Virus record (IMG/VR): IMGVR_UViG_3300025138_000013 | Origin: a virus | Direction: 5' to 3' (one strand) | DNA: 64,000 nucleotides | In this document: piece after piece, positions 9,873-19,904 of the stretch | Layout of the letters: each line of letters starts with the position of its first letter | Position numbering within the stretch: the stretch's first letter is position 1 | Notes under the pieces: generated by a model | The model's input: only the letters and a program-made list of their open reading frames with translations | Databases searched by the model: none | Told to the model about the DNA's origin: nothing | Position numbers and translations under genes: made by a program

Positions 9873-9948
9873 TATATGGTTCTTAGTCAGTGGTCTTTCC
9901 TTACAAGTAATAATACTAATAGCAATTTATATATACAACCCCAAATGA
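9865..9948 (+). CDS. Membrane microprotein (27 aa)
   Basis: 8-nt overlap with previous gene; MSDIWFLVSGLSLQVIILIAIYIYNPK. Confidence 0.5.
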   Translation: MSDIWFLVSGLSLQVIILIAIYIYNPK

Positions 9949-10064
9949 AATATACATTTATTTTTATACTCTTAACATCATGGGTCTTTAGTGACAGAGA
10001 GCCTGGAGCTTTAAGAGCAGTTAGAGATTTGGAAAAATTCAAACAACACATTCAAATGATATGA
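9945..10064 (+). CDS. Membrane or secreted microprotein (39 aa)
   Basis: ATGA overlaps on both sides; MKYTFIFILLTSWVFSDREPGALRAVRD. Confidence 0.55.
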   Translation: MKYTFIFILLTSWVFSDREPGALRAVRDLEKFKQHIQMI

Positions 10065-10504
10065 GAGAATTAGGAATGTCACTAGTAGGATGCATGGTAA
10101 TATTTGCATTCTTTTCACTTAAAATTTACCCCAACCTAGAGTACACAGGATATAGCAGTAATCAGTCTTGCACTGGTATGTGTTATGCAGAGTATGTGGA
10201 ACTAAACGGAACTGTGGTAGAACAGTTACAAGCAAAACAAGCTCTTGCAAACTTAGATGAGTTTAGTCAAATTAGAAGTTTATGGAGTGGTTGTGCAGCT
10301 TGTCATGGTCAAGAAGGTCAAGGTATGGCAGTCTTCCCAAAACTTGCTGGTCAATCTGCAGATTACATAGTTAACAGACTTAACACTTATAAGAATAGAG
10401 GTGAGGTCGGTGCAATGAGTTCCACGATGTGGGCTCAAGCAGGTATGTTGTCAGATGCAGATATCAATATGATTGGTAAATTCATTGAGGTTGAACTTAA
10501 GTGA
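10061..10504 (+). CDS. Membrane-anchored class I c-type cytochrome (c553/c4-like)
   Basis: N-terminal hydrophobic anchor, CAACHG heme motif, FPKLAGQ, candidate axial Met in STMWAQA. Confidence 0.92.
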   Translation: MRELGMSLVGCMVIFAFFSLKIYPNLEYTGYSSNQSCTGMCYAEYVELNGTVVEQLQAKQALANLDEFSQIRSLWSGCAACHGQEGQGMAVFPKLAGQSADYIVNRLNTYKNRGEVGAMSSTMWAQAGMLSDADINMIGKFIEVELK

Positions 10505-10764
10505 AGCACGACTCTTGGAAGAGACCCGTAGTCAGACAATCAGTATACGACTTGACATCTTTAAAACAGGGTGAATTAACCTTACTAAATAATACTGTGA
10601 AGGAAGCAACAGACGAACAACTAGAAGCATGGCAAGATGAAGACTTCTTTATGAAGGGAGACTTTTCTGCAATGCAATTATTTGTCGTCGTCCCAGCAGT
10701 TATACAGATTACTGTATTCTTTATGATGCTCGGTATGTTTTGGATGAATGAAAAACTATTTTAA
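10501..10764 (+). CDS. Small membrane protein
   Basis: GTG start overlapping cytochrome stop; C-terminal TM LFVVVPAVIQITVFFMMLGMFW. Confidence 0.7.
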   Translation: MKHDSWKRPVVRQSVYDLTSLKQGELTLLNNTVKEATDEQLEAWQDEDFFMKGDFSAMQLFVVVPAVIQITVFFMMLGMFWMNEKLF

Positions 10765-10915
10765 AATTGTCGCGAAGCTGTTACTAGGACTTGGTAAAGA
10801 GGAAAAGGTCGACCTAAATCCCCTCGATATTATGTTTATCTGCATCTTCCTCGGGATTTCATTCTTTTTGTTAATCGGTACGTTACAGTTTATACTCGTT
10901 CTATTGATTAGCTAA
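10748..10915 (+). CDS. Membrane microprotein, DUF2970-like (55 aa, not in ORF track)
   Basis: MKNYFKIVAKLLLGLGKEEKVDLNPLDIMFICIFLG...; LG...LNPL plus TM pattern recalls DUF2970. Confidence 0.55.
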   Translation: MKNYFKIVAKLLLGLGKEEKVDLNPLDIMFICIFLGISFFLLIGTLQFILVLLIS

Positions 10916-11002
10916 GTATATCCCCCTTGGGACATATTCATTTTATCACACATTTTCTATTTGTCTATAGGCTTTTATAAATAAATTTAATTTAAAAAGC
11001 CC

Positions 11003-11031
11003 CTTACAATACTACGATAAACAGGTATAAT
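11003..11031 (+). promoter_or_regulatory. Sigma70-type promoter of gp55
   Basis: TTACAA (11003-11008) - 17 nt - TATAAT (11026-11031); ATG 6 nt downstream. Confidence 0.65.
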
Positions 11032-11037
11032 GTATAC

Positions 11038-11595
11038 ATGACTACAAAAAAAGACCCTAAAAAAGCAGAACATTACGTCAATAACAAAGAGTTTACAGCT
11101 GCAGTTGCAGAGTTTAATGGACTTGTTAGAGAAGCAAAAGATGCTGGGAACGAACCCCCTCGAATGACTGAATATATTGGTGAGTGTATCTATAAGATTG
11201 CTACCCGATTATCCACTCGACCTAATTTCATCAACTATACTTACCGTGACGAAATGATTTGTGATGCAATCGAAAATTGTATCCAATACATTGGTAACTT
11301 CAACGTTGAAAAATCAAACAATGCATTTGCATATGTTACTCAGATTTGTTATTACGCTTTCCTAAGAAGGATTCAGAAAGAAAAGAAACAAGTCTACATC
11401 AAACAAAAACAAATCATGGAATCATCTATTACAATGGATTCATTTGCAACTATCGATGGTCAACATGACCCATCATTAGTCAACTCTAACGTAGAGTGGC
11501 TGCAAGAGAATATGAATCGTGTAGAGTATGAACCACGTAAATCAAAAAACAAAAAAAAGAAAACTAATAAGAACTTAGAAAACTTTACTGAATGA
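11038..11595 (+). CDS. gp55: Late-transcription sigma factor
   Basis: HYVNNKEF, RPNFINYTYRDEMICDAIENC, AFAYVTQICYYAFLRRIQKEKKQ. Confidence 0.96.
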   Translation: MTTKKDPKKAEHYVNNKEFTAAVAEFNGLVREAKDAGNEPPRMTEYIGECIYKIATRLSTRPNFINYTYRDEMICDAIENCIQYIGNFNVEKSNNAFAYVTQICYYAFLRRIQKEKKQVYIKQKQIMESSITMDSFATIDGQHDPSLVNSNVEWLQENMNRVEYEPRKSKNKKKKTNKNLENFTE

Positions 11596-12662
11596 AGATA
11601 GCAATATTAAACGACACCCACTGTGGTGTCCGTTCAGATATGGTTGAAATGTCCAAGTATCAAGGACGTTTCTATAAAGAGATATTCTTTCCATACCTAG
11701 ACGAGCATAACATCAAACAGATTATCCATATGGGTGATTACTTTGATAGACGTAAGTACGTAAACTTTGCATCGATGAAAGCAAACATCGAACACTTTGT
11801 AGACCCACTTAATGAAAGGGGAATCAAGATGGACTTGATTCTAGGTAACCATGATACATATTATAAGAACACGAATGATGTTAATTCACCCGAGTTACTT
11901 CTTTATAATCAACCTAATATTACCGTATATGCCGACCCTATTGTAAAGGAATATGACGACTTCCCAATTGCATTAGTTCCATGGATTAACAATGATAACT
12001 ATGCAGACATGGTAGACTTCATGCAGACTGCAGCTGCAACTCATTGTATGGGTCACTTCGAGATAGAAGGTGCATTACTATTACCTAACATGACATGTCA
12101 ACATGGACTCGACATATCGTATCTCAAGAGATTTGAACAAGTATACAGTGGACATTTCCATCACAAATCAGAAGTAAAGAATGTTAGATACTTAGGTTCA
12201 CAAATGGAATTCACTTGGTCAGATTATAATGACAAGAAGTACTTCCACATTTTTGATACAGAAACAAAAGAACTTACACCAGTTCACAATCCTTTAACCA
12301 TGTTTGAGAAAGGATATTATGATGATGGTAAGATAGAAAATTTCGAGGCCTTGCAAGATATTGACTACTCAAGATTTGAGGGTAAATTTGTAAAGGTTAT
12401 TGTTGTTAATAAAGACAATCCTTATTGGTTTGATTCATTCCTAGACAAGGTACATGCATCCAACCCTTTACATGTTGCAATCGTAGATGATAATAAACAT
12501 ATGGATTTCTTTGACGATGATGAAATCGAAGGAGTCGACGATACCCTAACCATATTATCCAAGTATGTTGATGGGTTAGAGATACAAGGTAAGAAAGAAA
12601 AGCTAGACGAGATTATGAAGACCTTATATAATGAAGCATTGGACGAACACACTTACTTATGA
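11592..12662 (+). CDS. gp47: Recombination endonuclease subunit (Mre11/SbcD-like)
   Basis: DTH, GDYFDRR, GNHD, SGHFH metallophosphoesterase motifs. Confidence 0.96.
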   Translation: MKIAILNDTHCGVRSDMVEMSKYQGRFYKEIFFPYLDEHNIKQIIHMGDYFDRRKYVNFASMKANIEHFVDPLNERGIKMDLILGNHDTYYKNTNDVNSPELLLYNQPNITVYADPIVKEYDDFPIALVPWINNDNYADMVDFMQTAAATHCMGHFEIEGALLLPNMTCQHGLDISYLKRFEQVYSGHFHHKSEVKNVRYLGSQMEFTWSDYNDKKYFHIFDTETKELTPVHNPLTMFEKGYYDDGKIENFEALQDIDYSRFEGKFVKVIVVNKDNPYWFDSFLDKVHASNPLHVAIVDDNKHMDFFDDDEIEGVDDTLTILSKYVDGLEIQGKKEKLDEIMKTLYNEALDEHTYL

Positions 12663-14374
12663 TAAATTTTACAAAGGTAAGATGGAAGAATTTACTTTCA
12701 TCGGGAAACAAATTTACTGAAATAGAATTAAATAGTCATCAAACTACTCTTATCCTTGGAGAGAATGGTGCTGGTAAATCCACACTATTAGATGCATTAT
12801 GTTTTGGATTATACGGACGTGGATTTAGGAACCTAAAAAAAGAATTACTTATTAATAGTATTAACGAGAAAGCTTTAGTCGTTGAGGTTGAATTTTATAT
12901 CGGTAAAAAAGAATACAAAATAATCCGTGGCGCAAAACCAAATATATTTGAACTCTATGTTGATGATATACTTGTTAACCAAGACGCAACAGTGAGAGAC
13001 TATCAAGACCATCTTGAGAAACATATTCTTAAAATGTCTTACCGTTCATTTACACAGGTTGCAATTCTTGGTTCTGCTAACTTTACACCCTTCATGCAAC
13101 TTAGAGCAAAAGACCGTAGAAAACTAGTAGAAGATTTACTGGATATCAATATCTTCACAACAATGATGCAGCTTCTTAGAAAGAAAAAGGCTGCACATAT
13201 CATTGAAGTTAAAGATACACAACATGCAGTTGAAATCTTAGAGGAAAGACTCAATGGATTGAACGAACAAGTAAAAGTCATGACAGAAAATAGAATGACA
13301 AAGATTACTCAGTTTGAAAAAACGGTAGTGGATACTAACATTCATATAGGTGAGCTATTAGAAGTTATAGATACTAACAGTGAAGAGATTGCAACTATAC
13401 AGTTAACAATTTCAGATAAAGATTCCATTAGTAAGAAGTTAAAAGACTTACAAGATATGGAGAAACAACTTACCAATGCAAGAAAGAAAGCATTAAAAGA
13501 AGTTGAGTTCTATGAAGAGAACGATGAATGTCCAGTATGTAAACAGGGTTTAGATGAGGAACATAAGAAAGAACATCTCGAATCAAAGACTAAGAAGGCA
13601 ACGGAGATTGCATCTGCATTGCAACAGATTGAAGACGGAGTTTCCAGTGCCTCAAAACGAATCATCGAAATCAGTGACATCCAGTCAGACATCGACAACA
13701 TCCAAAGACAAGTAGGGTTACATCAAACAGAAATCCTATCCAATCAAAAATACATCCAAAAAATTAATGGTGAAATAGAGACATTAAAAATTGAATCCGA
13801 TGGTGGTACAGATGTACATGAAAGAATCACCAAAGGTGAAGATGACTTAGATGTGCTACACACCAAACATAAAGCTCTTATAGACAGAACACATTACTAT
13901 GAGATTGCAACCATGTTGCTCAGAGACCAAGGTGTTAAAGAGAAGATTATTAAACAGTACGTTCCCATCATGAACAAACTTATTAATAAGTATCTAGCAC
14001 AACTTGAGTTCTATGTTGGGTTCGAACTAGATGAATCCTTCGACGAAACAATCAAATCAAGATTCCGTGACGTATTCAAATATGAAAACTTTTCACAAGG
14101 TGAGAAGATGAGAATCGACCTTGCACTACTATTCACATGGAGAAGTGTTGCAAGAATGAAGAACAGTGTAAACACTAACTTACTTATTCTAGATGAGGTA
14201 TTCGACTCGTCACTAGACGTTACAGGAACAGATGAATTCTTAAAGCTGTTAAACACCTTGACAGATGGAGTAAATGCATTTATCATTAGTCATAAAGGTG
14301 ATACATTATATGATAAGTTCAGTAATGTGTTAAGATTTGAGAAGTATAAAAATTTCTCTAGACTAGCAGAATAG
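12659..14374 (+). CDS. gp46: Recombination ATPase subunit (Rad50/SbcC-like)
   Basis: GENGAGKS, CPVC zinc hook, FSQGEKMR signature, LILDEVFD. Confidence 0.97.
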   Translation: MINFTKVRWKNLLSSGNKFTEIELNSHQTTLILGENGAGKSTLLDALCFGLYGRGFRNLKKELLINSINEKALVVEVEFYIGKKEYKIIRGAKPNIFELYVDDILVNQDATVRDYQDHLEKHILKMSYRSFTQVAILGSANFTPFMQLRAKDRRKLVEDLLDINIFTTMMQLLRKKKAAHIIEVKDTQHAVEILEERLNGLNEQVKVMTENRMTKITQFEKTVVDTNIHIGELLEVIDTNSEEIATIQLTISDKDSISKKLKDLQDMEKQLTNARKKALKEVEFYEENDECPVCKQGLDEEHKKEHLESKTKKATEIASALQQIEDGVSSASKRIIEISDIQSDIDNIQRQVGLHQTEILSNQKYIQKINGEIETLKIESDGGTDVHERITKGEDDLDVLHTKHKALIDRTHYYEIATMLLRDQGVKEKIIKQYVPIMNKLINKYLAQLEFYVGFELDESFDETIKSRFRDVFKYENFSQGEKMRIDLALLFTWRSVARMKNSVNTNLLILDEVFDSSLDVTGTDEFLKLLNTLTDGVNAFIISHKGDTLYDKFSNVLRFEKYKNFSRLAE

Positions 14375-14387
14375 GATAAATAGTATT

Positions 14388-15731
14388 ATGAAATCATTCA
14401 ATCAACTACTCGACCCAAAACTGGAAGATATCAAACTTGATATCCCAACACTGGATGAAGCATTAGAAGTTAAAGACTTACCTTCAGAAGTAACCGATGG
14501 GTTGACCATTGAGAAACATAAAAAATCTAATAGTAAGACTACAGTTTTTGTTGTCAAGACACAAGATAGAGATAGTGATAGAGACGAGGTAGAAAAGAAG
14601 TTAAGGAATGCAGATATCACTGCAGAGGTGAAGGGAAGTTCATTATCAAGTTTTGACCCTATCTTTATTCCATCATTGAATGGAGACCGTGCAATCATCA
14701 TGTTTAAACCCAAGAGTGGTGGCATGAATGAGACAACACTAAACTCAAGTATCACAGAGTTGTTTCCTTGTATTGCATGGGAGAAGAACTACAAACCCAA
14801 ATCAGTTTCATCATTCTATGAGTGGATACTTCAACAGGATGTAGACAAGTTAAAGTGTGTTGGTAGTACAGACAAACAATCTGCAAAAGACTTCATTGCA
14901 CAAGCAGAAGATTCATCTAAGTTTCAAGAGAAAGTAGAGAATGCAATAGGTATTACAAAGTACATTTACGATGAAATGAAAGCGAAGTCAATCAAGAATG
15001 TTTTTTGGGGATACCGTGCAAAACCAGCTGGTGTTCCATCCAAACATCCAGGCGACATCTTCCTTCAGTTTACGGATGGTGCAATCTTAGGAACCTCTCT
15101 TAAAGCAGGTGGTAAGAAAACTTCAGAACCTAAACTCAACACATACGTAAACCCAATCTTCCAAGCATTTAAAGAGGGTAATCAAGTACCTAAGTTATCT
15201 GCAAAGTTACATAAAGAAGTATTCTCTAAGATTGAGGGTATGCCTTCTGCAAAAACCTATGATAGTAAAGATAGAAAAATTACCCAACAAGTCCTAAAGG
15301 ATTTTGACAAGAATAATAATGGTAAGTACGAACAGTACTATAACGAACACTTAGAGATAGTCAGACAAGCACTGATAGACCTATTCAATAAGAATGGTAA
15401 ACAGGGTGGTAAATCATTTGACTATATAAAGAAAGAAATTTTACGTGAAGCACCAGGCGTCCCAACTAAAGTTATTAAAGGAATTGGTTCCACGTATGAA
15501 CAGGTTACAGATGATGATGAACTCGGAGTATTTTTACCAGTAGTTAAGTTCATTAAAGCAGAAGCTTCTAAATCATCGAAACAGAATTGGTTCCTACACC
15601 TTGCATCGAAAGATACAACGTACACCATGCAAATGTCAGTGAGGACTAACAAAGCAGGACATGCTGGACTTAAGAAACTCGGACAATTTTATAACCTTGC
15701 CGTAAAATATAACGGTCTACTAAAGAAATAA
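14388..15731 (+). CDS. Hypothetical late protein with PD-(D/E)xK-like motif
   Basis: HPGDIFLQF...GTSLKAG; N-terminal MKSF...LDEA; TAAATA 5 nt upstream. Confidence 0.5.
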   Translation: MKSFNQLLDPKLEDIKLDIPTLDEALEVKDLPSEVTDGLTIEKHKKSNSKTTVFVVKTQDRDSDRDEVEKKLRNADITAEVKGSSLSSFDPIFIPSLNGDRAIIMFKPKSGGMNETTLNSSITELFPCIAWEKNYKPKSVSSFYEWILQQDVDKLKCVGSTDKQSAKDFIAQAEDSSKFQEKVENAIGITKYIYDEMKAKSIKNVFWGYRAKPAGVPSKHPGDIFLQFTDGAILGTSLKAGGKKTSEPKLNTYVNPIFQAFKEGNQVPKLSAKLHKEVFSKIEGMPSAKTYDSKDRKITQQVLKDFDKNNNGKYEQYYNEHLEIVRQALIDLFNKNGKQGGKSFDYIKKEILREAPGVPTKVIKGIGSTYEQVTDDDELGVFLPVVKFIKAEASKSSKQNWFLHLASKDTTYTMQMSVRTNKAGHAGLKKLGQFYNLAVKYNGLLKK

Positions 15732-15733
15732 TT

Positions 15734-16348
15734 ATGTATCAATTGATAGAAGAAGCCTCTAAGGTTTTAAGAACACCCCCACAACTATTCAACTTTGAAG
15801 AAAGAAAGGATGCAGAAGAAATAGAAACTGCACTCAGTGAAGCAATGGATAGATTTGGTGGAATAGGTTTGAGTGCAAACCAAGTAGGATTGGATGCAAG
15901 AGTTTTTGTAATGAAATCTCAAGACCAAGGAAACGTTTGTTTTTTTAATCCCGAGATAACAAAGGTATCACAAGAAACAGATTTAATGAAAGAAGGTTGC
16001 TTATCGTTTCCCGATATGTACCTTATGATTAAACGTGCAAAAATGATAGAACTAAAATATCAAACTGCACAAGGTGAAGAAAAAGTTATAAGTCTAGATG
16101 GACTTGCATCAAGATGTGTTCAACATGAAGTCGACCATCTTAATGGTATCATCTTCTTACAACGTGCTTCAAAATTGAAATTAGACCGTGCATTAAAATC
16201 ACGACCTAAAGAAAGAGCTAAGAGAATAGAGTATGAGAAACGACAAGCACTTGCAAAATACATTCAAAGTGTATCAGCCGATAACAATTCAGAACATGTT
16301 GAGTCCACAGGACAGCATGAGTCTGATAAAGTATCATCTAACGCATAA
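15734..16348 (+). CDS. def: Peptide deformylase
   Basis: GIGLSANQVG, EGCLS, QHEVDHLNG. Confidence 0.95.
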   Translation: MYQLIEEASKVLRTPPQLFNFEERKDAEEIETALSEAMDRFGGIGLSANQVGLDARVFVMKSQDQGNVCFFNPEITKVSQETDLMKEGCLSFPDMYLMIKRAKMIELKYQTAQGEEKVISLDGLASRCVQHEVDHLNGIIFLQRASKLKLDRALKSRPKERAKRIEYEKRQALAKYIQSVSADNNSEHVESTGQHESDKVSSNA

Positions 16349-16901
16349 ACATTTAAGAACAGTTGGTGACGGTACAGACTACCGTGCCATAGACTTCTGT
16401 CACATAAAAACATCATGGGTACGTGACTGTTTTAGACGTGCAGCTCAGCAATGTACATCATATATATTTCAAGTAACAGGACAACATTTCTATCCCGAAA
16501 TGATGGCACTCAATGAATGGGACATAGGTGGAGTTCAGAATCCACACCTAGATACCTATTCTAACTCAGAGATTAATGAGAATGCAGTACCCGAGACAGG
16601 AAATTCAAGAGAATGGACATGCATTTTATATCTAAACGATAATTTTAGAGGTGGTGAGACCTACTTTCCACCCAGTGAAACCTATCCAATAGGCCATACG
16701 CATCCCATAGAGACCGCTGGGGGACTTCTATTCCAAGGTCTTTACCTTGAACATGGCGTGAATGCTGTAAGAAGAGGCCCTAGACACACCATTTCAATGT
16801 GGTTTACAGACATCGAAGACAAAATGATTATCGATGAGAGAATAAACCTAGACGAAAACCAACACCAAATCCAAAGAAAAAACTCCTACATCCCACGCTA
16901 A
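16269..16901 (+). CDS. 2OG-Fe(II) oxygenase (prolyl 4-hydroxylase-like)
   Basis: HLD, ILYLNDNFRGGETYF, HGVNAVRRGPRHTISMW; start uncertain (GTG 16269 chosen). Confidence 0.85.
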   Translation: MYQPITIQNMLSPQDSMSLIKYHLTHKHLRTVGDGTDYRAIDFCHIKTSWVRDCFRRAAQQCTSYIFQVTGQHFYPEMMALNEWDIGGVQNPHLDTYSNSEINENAVPETGNSREWTCILYLNDNFRGGETYFPPSETYPIGHTHPIETAGGLLFQGLYLEHGVNAVRRGPRHTISMWFTDIEDKMIIDERINLDENQHQIQRKNSYIPR

Positions 16902-16905
16902 TCAT

Positions 16906-16938
16906 GCCTTGACGATGCCTCTGGCTTTTTGTTATACT
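16906..16938 (+). promoter_or_regulatory. Early promoter, GCCTTGACRATGCC class (copy 1)
   Basis: TTGACG - 18 nt - TATACT. Confidence 0.75.
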
Positions 16939-16968
16939 ATGTATATAATGAAAAATCAAGAGGTAATT

Positions 16969-17286
16969 ATGTGGGATGAATGGTTAGAAGAGTACGAACA
17001 AGTACAGTGGAAACAGAATGGTGACTATTACATTGGTTACATTAAGAGTATGGAAGACAAACATCCAGTGACAGGTGATTCTGGCTTAACTGTTAAGGTC
17101 GTATCAATCAATCACGAGAATGACTGGAATTCTAAACAAAAACACCCTATCGTTTATATCCCTTGTACTGCATATGACAAAATCGAGTTAGAGATTTGGA
17201 CTGATGGAAGAGGTTGTGATAACTCTGCAATTGGTGTCAGTGGTTGTTATGAGTCATACAAATACTACTTAAAGGAAGTTGCATAA
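16969..17286 (+). CDS. Hypothetical early protein
   Basis: GAGGT SD then ATG 16969, downstream of early promoter. Confidence 0.7.
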   Translation: MWDEWLEEYEQVQWKQNGDYYIGYIKSMEDKHPVTGDSGLTVKVVSINHENDWNSKQKHPIVYIPCTAYDKIELEIWTDGRGCDNSAIGVSGCYESYKYYLKEVA

Positions 17287-17474
17287 TGAATACTTACTTA
17301 AAAGAAATTACAGATTGGTCTGAGTCTAAAGTCTCAGTACCAAATCATACCTACATTGTAAACAAACAATTACAACTCGTAGGATATATCAAGACTGGAA
17401 CCAAAGAAGAAATCATCTTCAAATCTCCAATGAAACAATTTTCTAAATCAAGGAGAAAATTTATTACGCTCTAG
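17286..17474 (+). CDS. Hypothetical early protein
   Basis: TAATG coupling; LKEITDW...PNHTYIVN...QFSKSRRKF. Confidence 0.7.
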   Translation: MNTYLKEITDWSESKVSVPNHTYIVNKQLQLVGYIKTGTKEEIIFKSPMKQFSKSRRKFITL

Positions 17475-17507
17475 GCCTTGACAATGCCATGCAGCTAATG
17501 ATAGCAT
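17475..17507 (+). promoter_or_regulatory. Early promoter, GCCTTGACRATGCC class (copy 2)
   Basis: TTGACA - 18 nt - TAGCAT with TGn extension; ATG 6 nt downstream. Confidence 0.7.
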
Positions 17508-17513
17508 ATACTT

Positions 17514-19904
17514 ATGACTGAGACAAAAAGAAACCAAAAAGACCAACTTGCCAAACTAATGGCAACCGAGAACATTACTATTGTTCATAAACCAATACCA
17601 ACTGCATACTTCGATGTAAAGAATAGGATACTTGCTTGTCCTACTTTCAAAGATGATATCAGTGACGAACTTTATGACTTGTTCATGGGTCACGAAGTTG
17701 GACATGCATTGAATACACCTTACGAGGGTCTTCATAATGCATTGACAAAAAACAAAACACTTAAGGGATATCTTAACGTTGTTGAAGATGTTAGGATTGA
17801 GAAAGCAATCAAGAACAAATTCCAAGGATTGAGAAAATCTTTCTACACTGCATACAATGAGTTGATGGAAAAAGATTTCTTTGGTCTTAAAGGAAGAGAC
17901 TTAAACACACTTTCATGCATTGACAAAATCAACTTGATTACTAAGTGTGGTTCAAGAGTTCAAATTGCATTAACAGAACAAGAACAAAAATTCTTAGACA
18001 TGGCAGAGGCTTGTACTTCTTGGGAAGAAGTTGAAGTTTGTGCTGAAGCAATCTATAACTGGTCAAAAGAAAATGAGACTAGGGATGAGAGTGACGAATC
18101 AATTGTTCCTAAAATGTTCGACCTTGGTGACGAAGAAGAAGGTGACGAAGAAGAGAATGAGTTCCAAGATGGTGAAGGTGGTGATGACCAATATGATGAT
18201 GATACTTCAGATGGTGAAGAAGATTCAGATGAAGATGGTGAAGAGGAAGACAAACTTCCCGAAGCTCCCGAGTATGGTGACGGTGACCAAGACGAAGATG
18301 GTGAAGAAGACGATGTAGAAGGTGAGACAGAGAAAAAAACTACTGGCACTTCTAAAGAAGGTGGTGTTGCAAGTCCCGAAGATTACGATGGTGAGAATGG
18401 TGCTAGAGAATCTATCACTGAACATCATGCACATAACAATGAAGAAATGTTTCTTGATGACAAACCAGCATGGAGAGAACAAATCAATTTGAGAGAGAGA
18501 TTCAAAAATGTTGAGTCAACTGATATCGTCATTGGTCACAATCAAGTTCTTACAGATTGGAATGATTACTGGGCAGAAGAAGCTAAAAATGGTAGAGCAA
18601 CTGCTGAGAAAAACAAAAAGAAGTCAATCTTCACTGGAAAGAAATTGATTGAGAGAAACAAAAAGATTGTTGCTCACATGGTGAAAGAATTTGAAATGAA
18701 GCAGACTGCACAAAGAAGTGTTAAAGCTTTCAGTGGTAAAACTGGTAAGTTAGATATGAACAAACTTGCAAAATACCAAATCGTTGATGATGTTTTTAAA
18801 AGAGTTACTTACTTGCCTGATGGACAGAATCATGGTCTGAATGTTTTACTTGATTGGAGTGGTTCGATTGGAAACAGTTGTGCTGAGTTATTAGAACAAG
18901 CAGTTATTCTTTCAGAGTTCTGCAGAAAAGCAAACATCCCTCACAGAGTTTATCTCTTCAGTGATGCATACTCTAAGAATAGTGATGACTACTATACTCA
19001 TGATGATGGATACCTTGTTGAATTATTCTCTAATGAAATGAATAACAAGAAGTATCAAGAAATGATGACTAACGTTGGAGCTCTTTGGATGAATCACTTC
19101 CTAGGAAAGTTCGGTTGGAGAAGCAGTCTAAAAATGGAGAAGGCTCACAATAGTTTTTACGATGGTGAGTATGCAATCGATTATGAAAACGACCCTTACT
19201 TCTACTTCGATACTAATGTCAGACCAATGAGTTACAGATTAGGTGGTACACCTCTTGACCATTGTTTAGTTGTCATGAGAAAATTACTTCCCGAGTTCAA
19301 CAGAGCTTATGGAATTGAGAAGTCAATCCTAACAGTAATAACAGATGGATTCTCACATAGAAGTTCTTTACTCAATGTTGATTCTTCAGAAAAGAATGCA
19401 TGGGCAAGAGGAGAAGGTATTGACCCTTGGGATATTTCTGAAGTAACTGAGATACTTGACCCATTCGATAATAAAGTTTTTCCTCTAAAGAATAATACAA
19501 GAAGTAGATATAACAGATACGATGACTCTTTCAAAAAAACTCAGAACCTATTGTCTTGGTTATCTAAAACTTGTAACGTCACTGTGACTGGTTACTTTGT
19601 TCTTGATAAGAAGAGAGACTTGAATGACATCATGGGTTACACTTCTCTGAAAGATACATGGTGGGACAATGACAGACAAATCTGGGCTGAGATTAGAAAG
19701 AATGGATTAGTTGTTGACTGTCACGGTTACAACAAAATGTTTTTGACTGCAACTTCTTCACTTGGTGTTGATGGTTCAGACGAATTAGATGATGACTTGG
19801 TCGATGCCAAGAAGTCTAGAGTGTTGGCTGCTTTCAAAAAGAATCAGAAAGCCAAGACCACATCAAGATTTTTAACAAATGAATTTATCAAGGAGATATC
19901 ATGA
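17514..19904 (+). CDS. HEXXH metallopeptidase-like + vWA domain protein (CobT-like partner of MoxR ATPase)
   Basis: HEVGH and NVVEDVRIE; long acidic linker; MIDAS LLDWSGS, GGTPL, ITDG. Confidence 0.8.
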   Translation: MTETKRNQKDQLAKLMATENITIVHKPIPTAYFDVKNRILACPTFKDDISDELYDLFMGHEVGHALNTPYEGLHNALTKNKTLKGYLNVVEDVRIEKAIKNKFQGLRKSFYTAYNELMEKDFFGLKGRDLNTLSCIDKINLITKCGSRVQIALTEQEQKFLDMAEACTSWEEVEVCAEAIYNWSKENETRDESDESIVPKMFDLGDEEEGDEEENEFQDGEGGDDQYDDDTSDGEEDSDEDGEEEDKLPEAPEYGDGDQDEDGEEDDVEGETEKKTTGTSKEGGVASPEDYDGENGARESITEHHAHNNEEMFLDDKPAWREQINLRERFKNVESTDIVIGHNQVLTDWNDYWAEEAKNGRATAEKNKKKSIFTGKKLIERNKKIVAHMVKEFEMKQTAQRSVKAFSGKTGKLDMNKLAKYQIVDDVFKRVTYLPDGQNHGLNVLLDWSGSIGNSCAELLEQAVILSEFCRKANIPHRVYLFSDAYSKNSDDYYTHDDGYLVELFSNEMNNKKYQEMMTNVGALWMNHFLGKFGWRSSLKMEKAHNSFYDGEYAIDYENDPYFYFDTNVRPMSYRLGGTPLDHCLVVMRKLLPEFNRAYGIEKSILTVITDGFSHRSSLLNVDSSEKNAWARGEGIDPWDISEVTEILDPFDNKVFPLKNNTRSRYNRYDDSFKKTQNLLSWLSKTCNVTVTGYFVLDKKRDLNDIMGYTSLKDTWWDNDRQIWAEIRKNGLVVDCHGYNKMFLTATSSLGVDGSDELDDDLVDAKKSRVLAAFKKNQKAKTTSRFLTNEFIKEIS

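Noticed and set aside
18080-18420. GAT/GAA/GGT-rich repetitive-looking DNA
   Set aside because: Low-complexity acidic protein linker, not a DNA repeat or array
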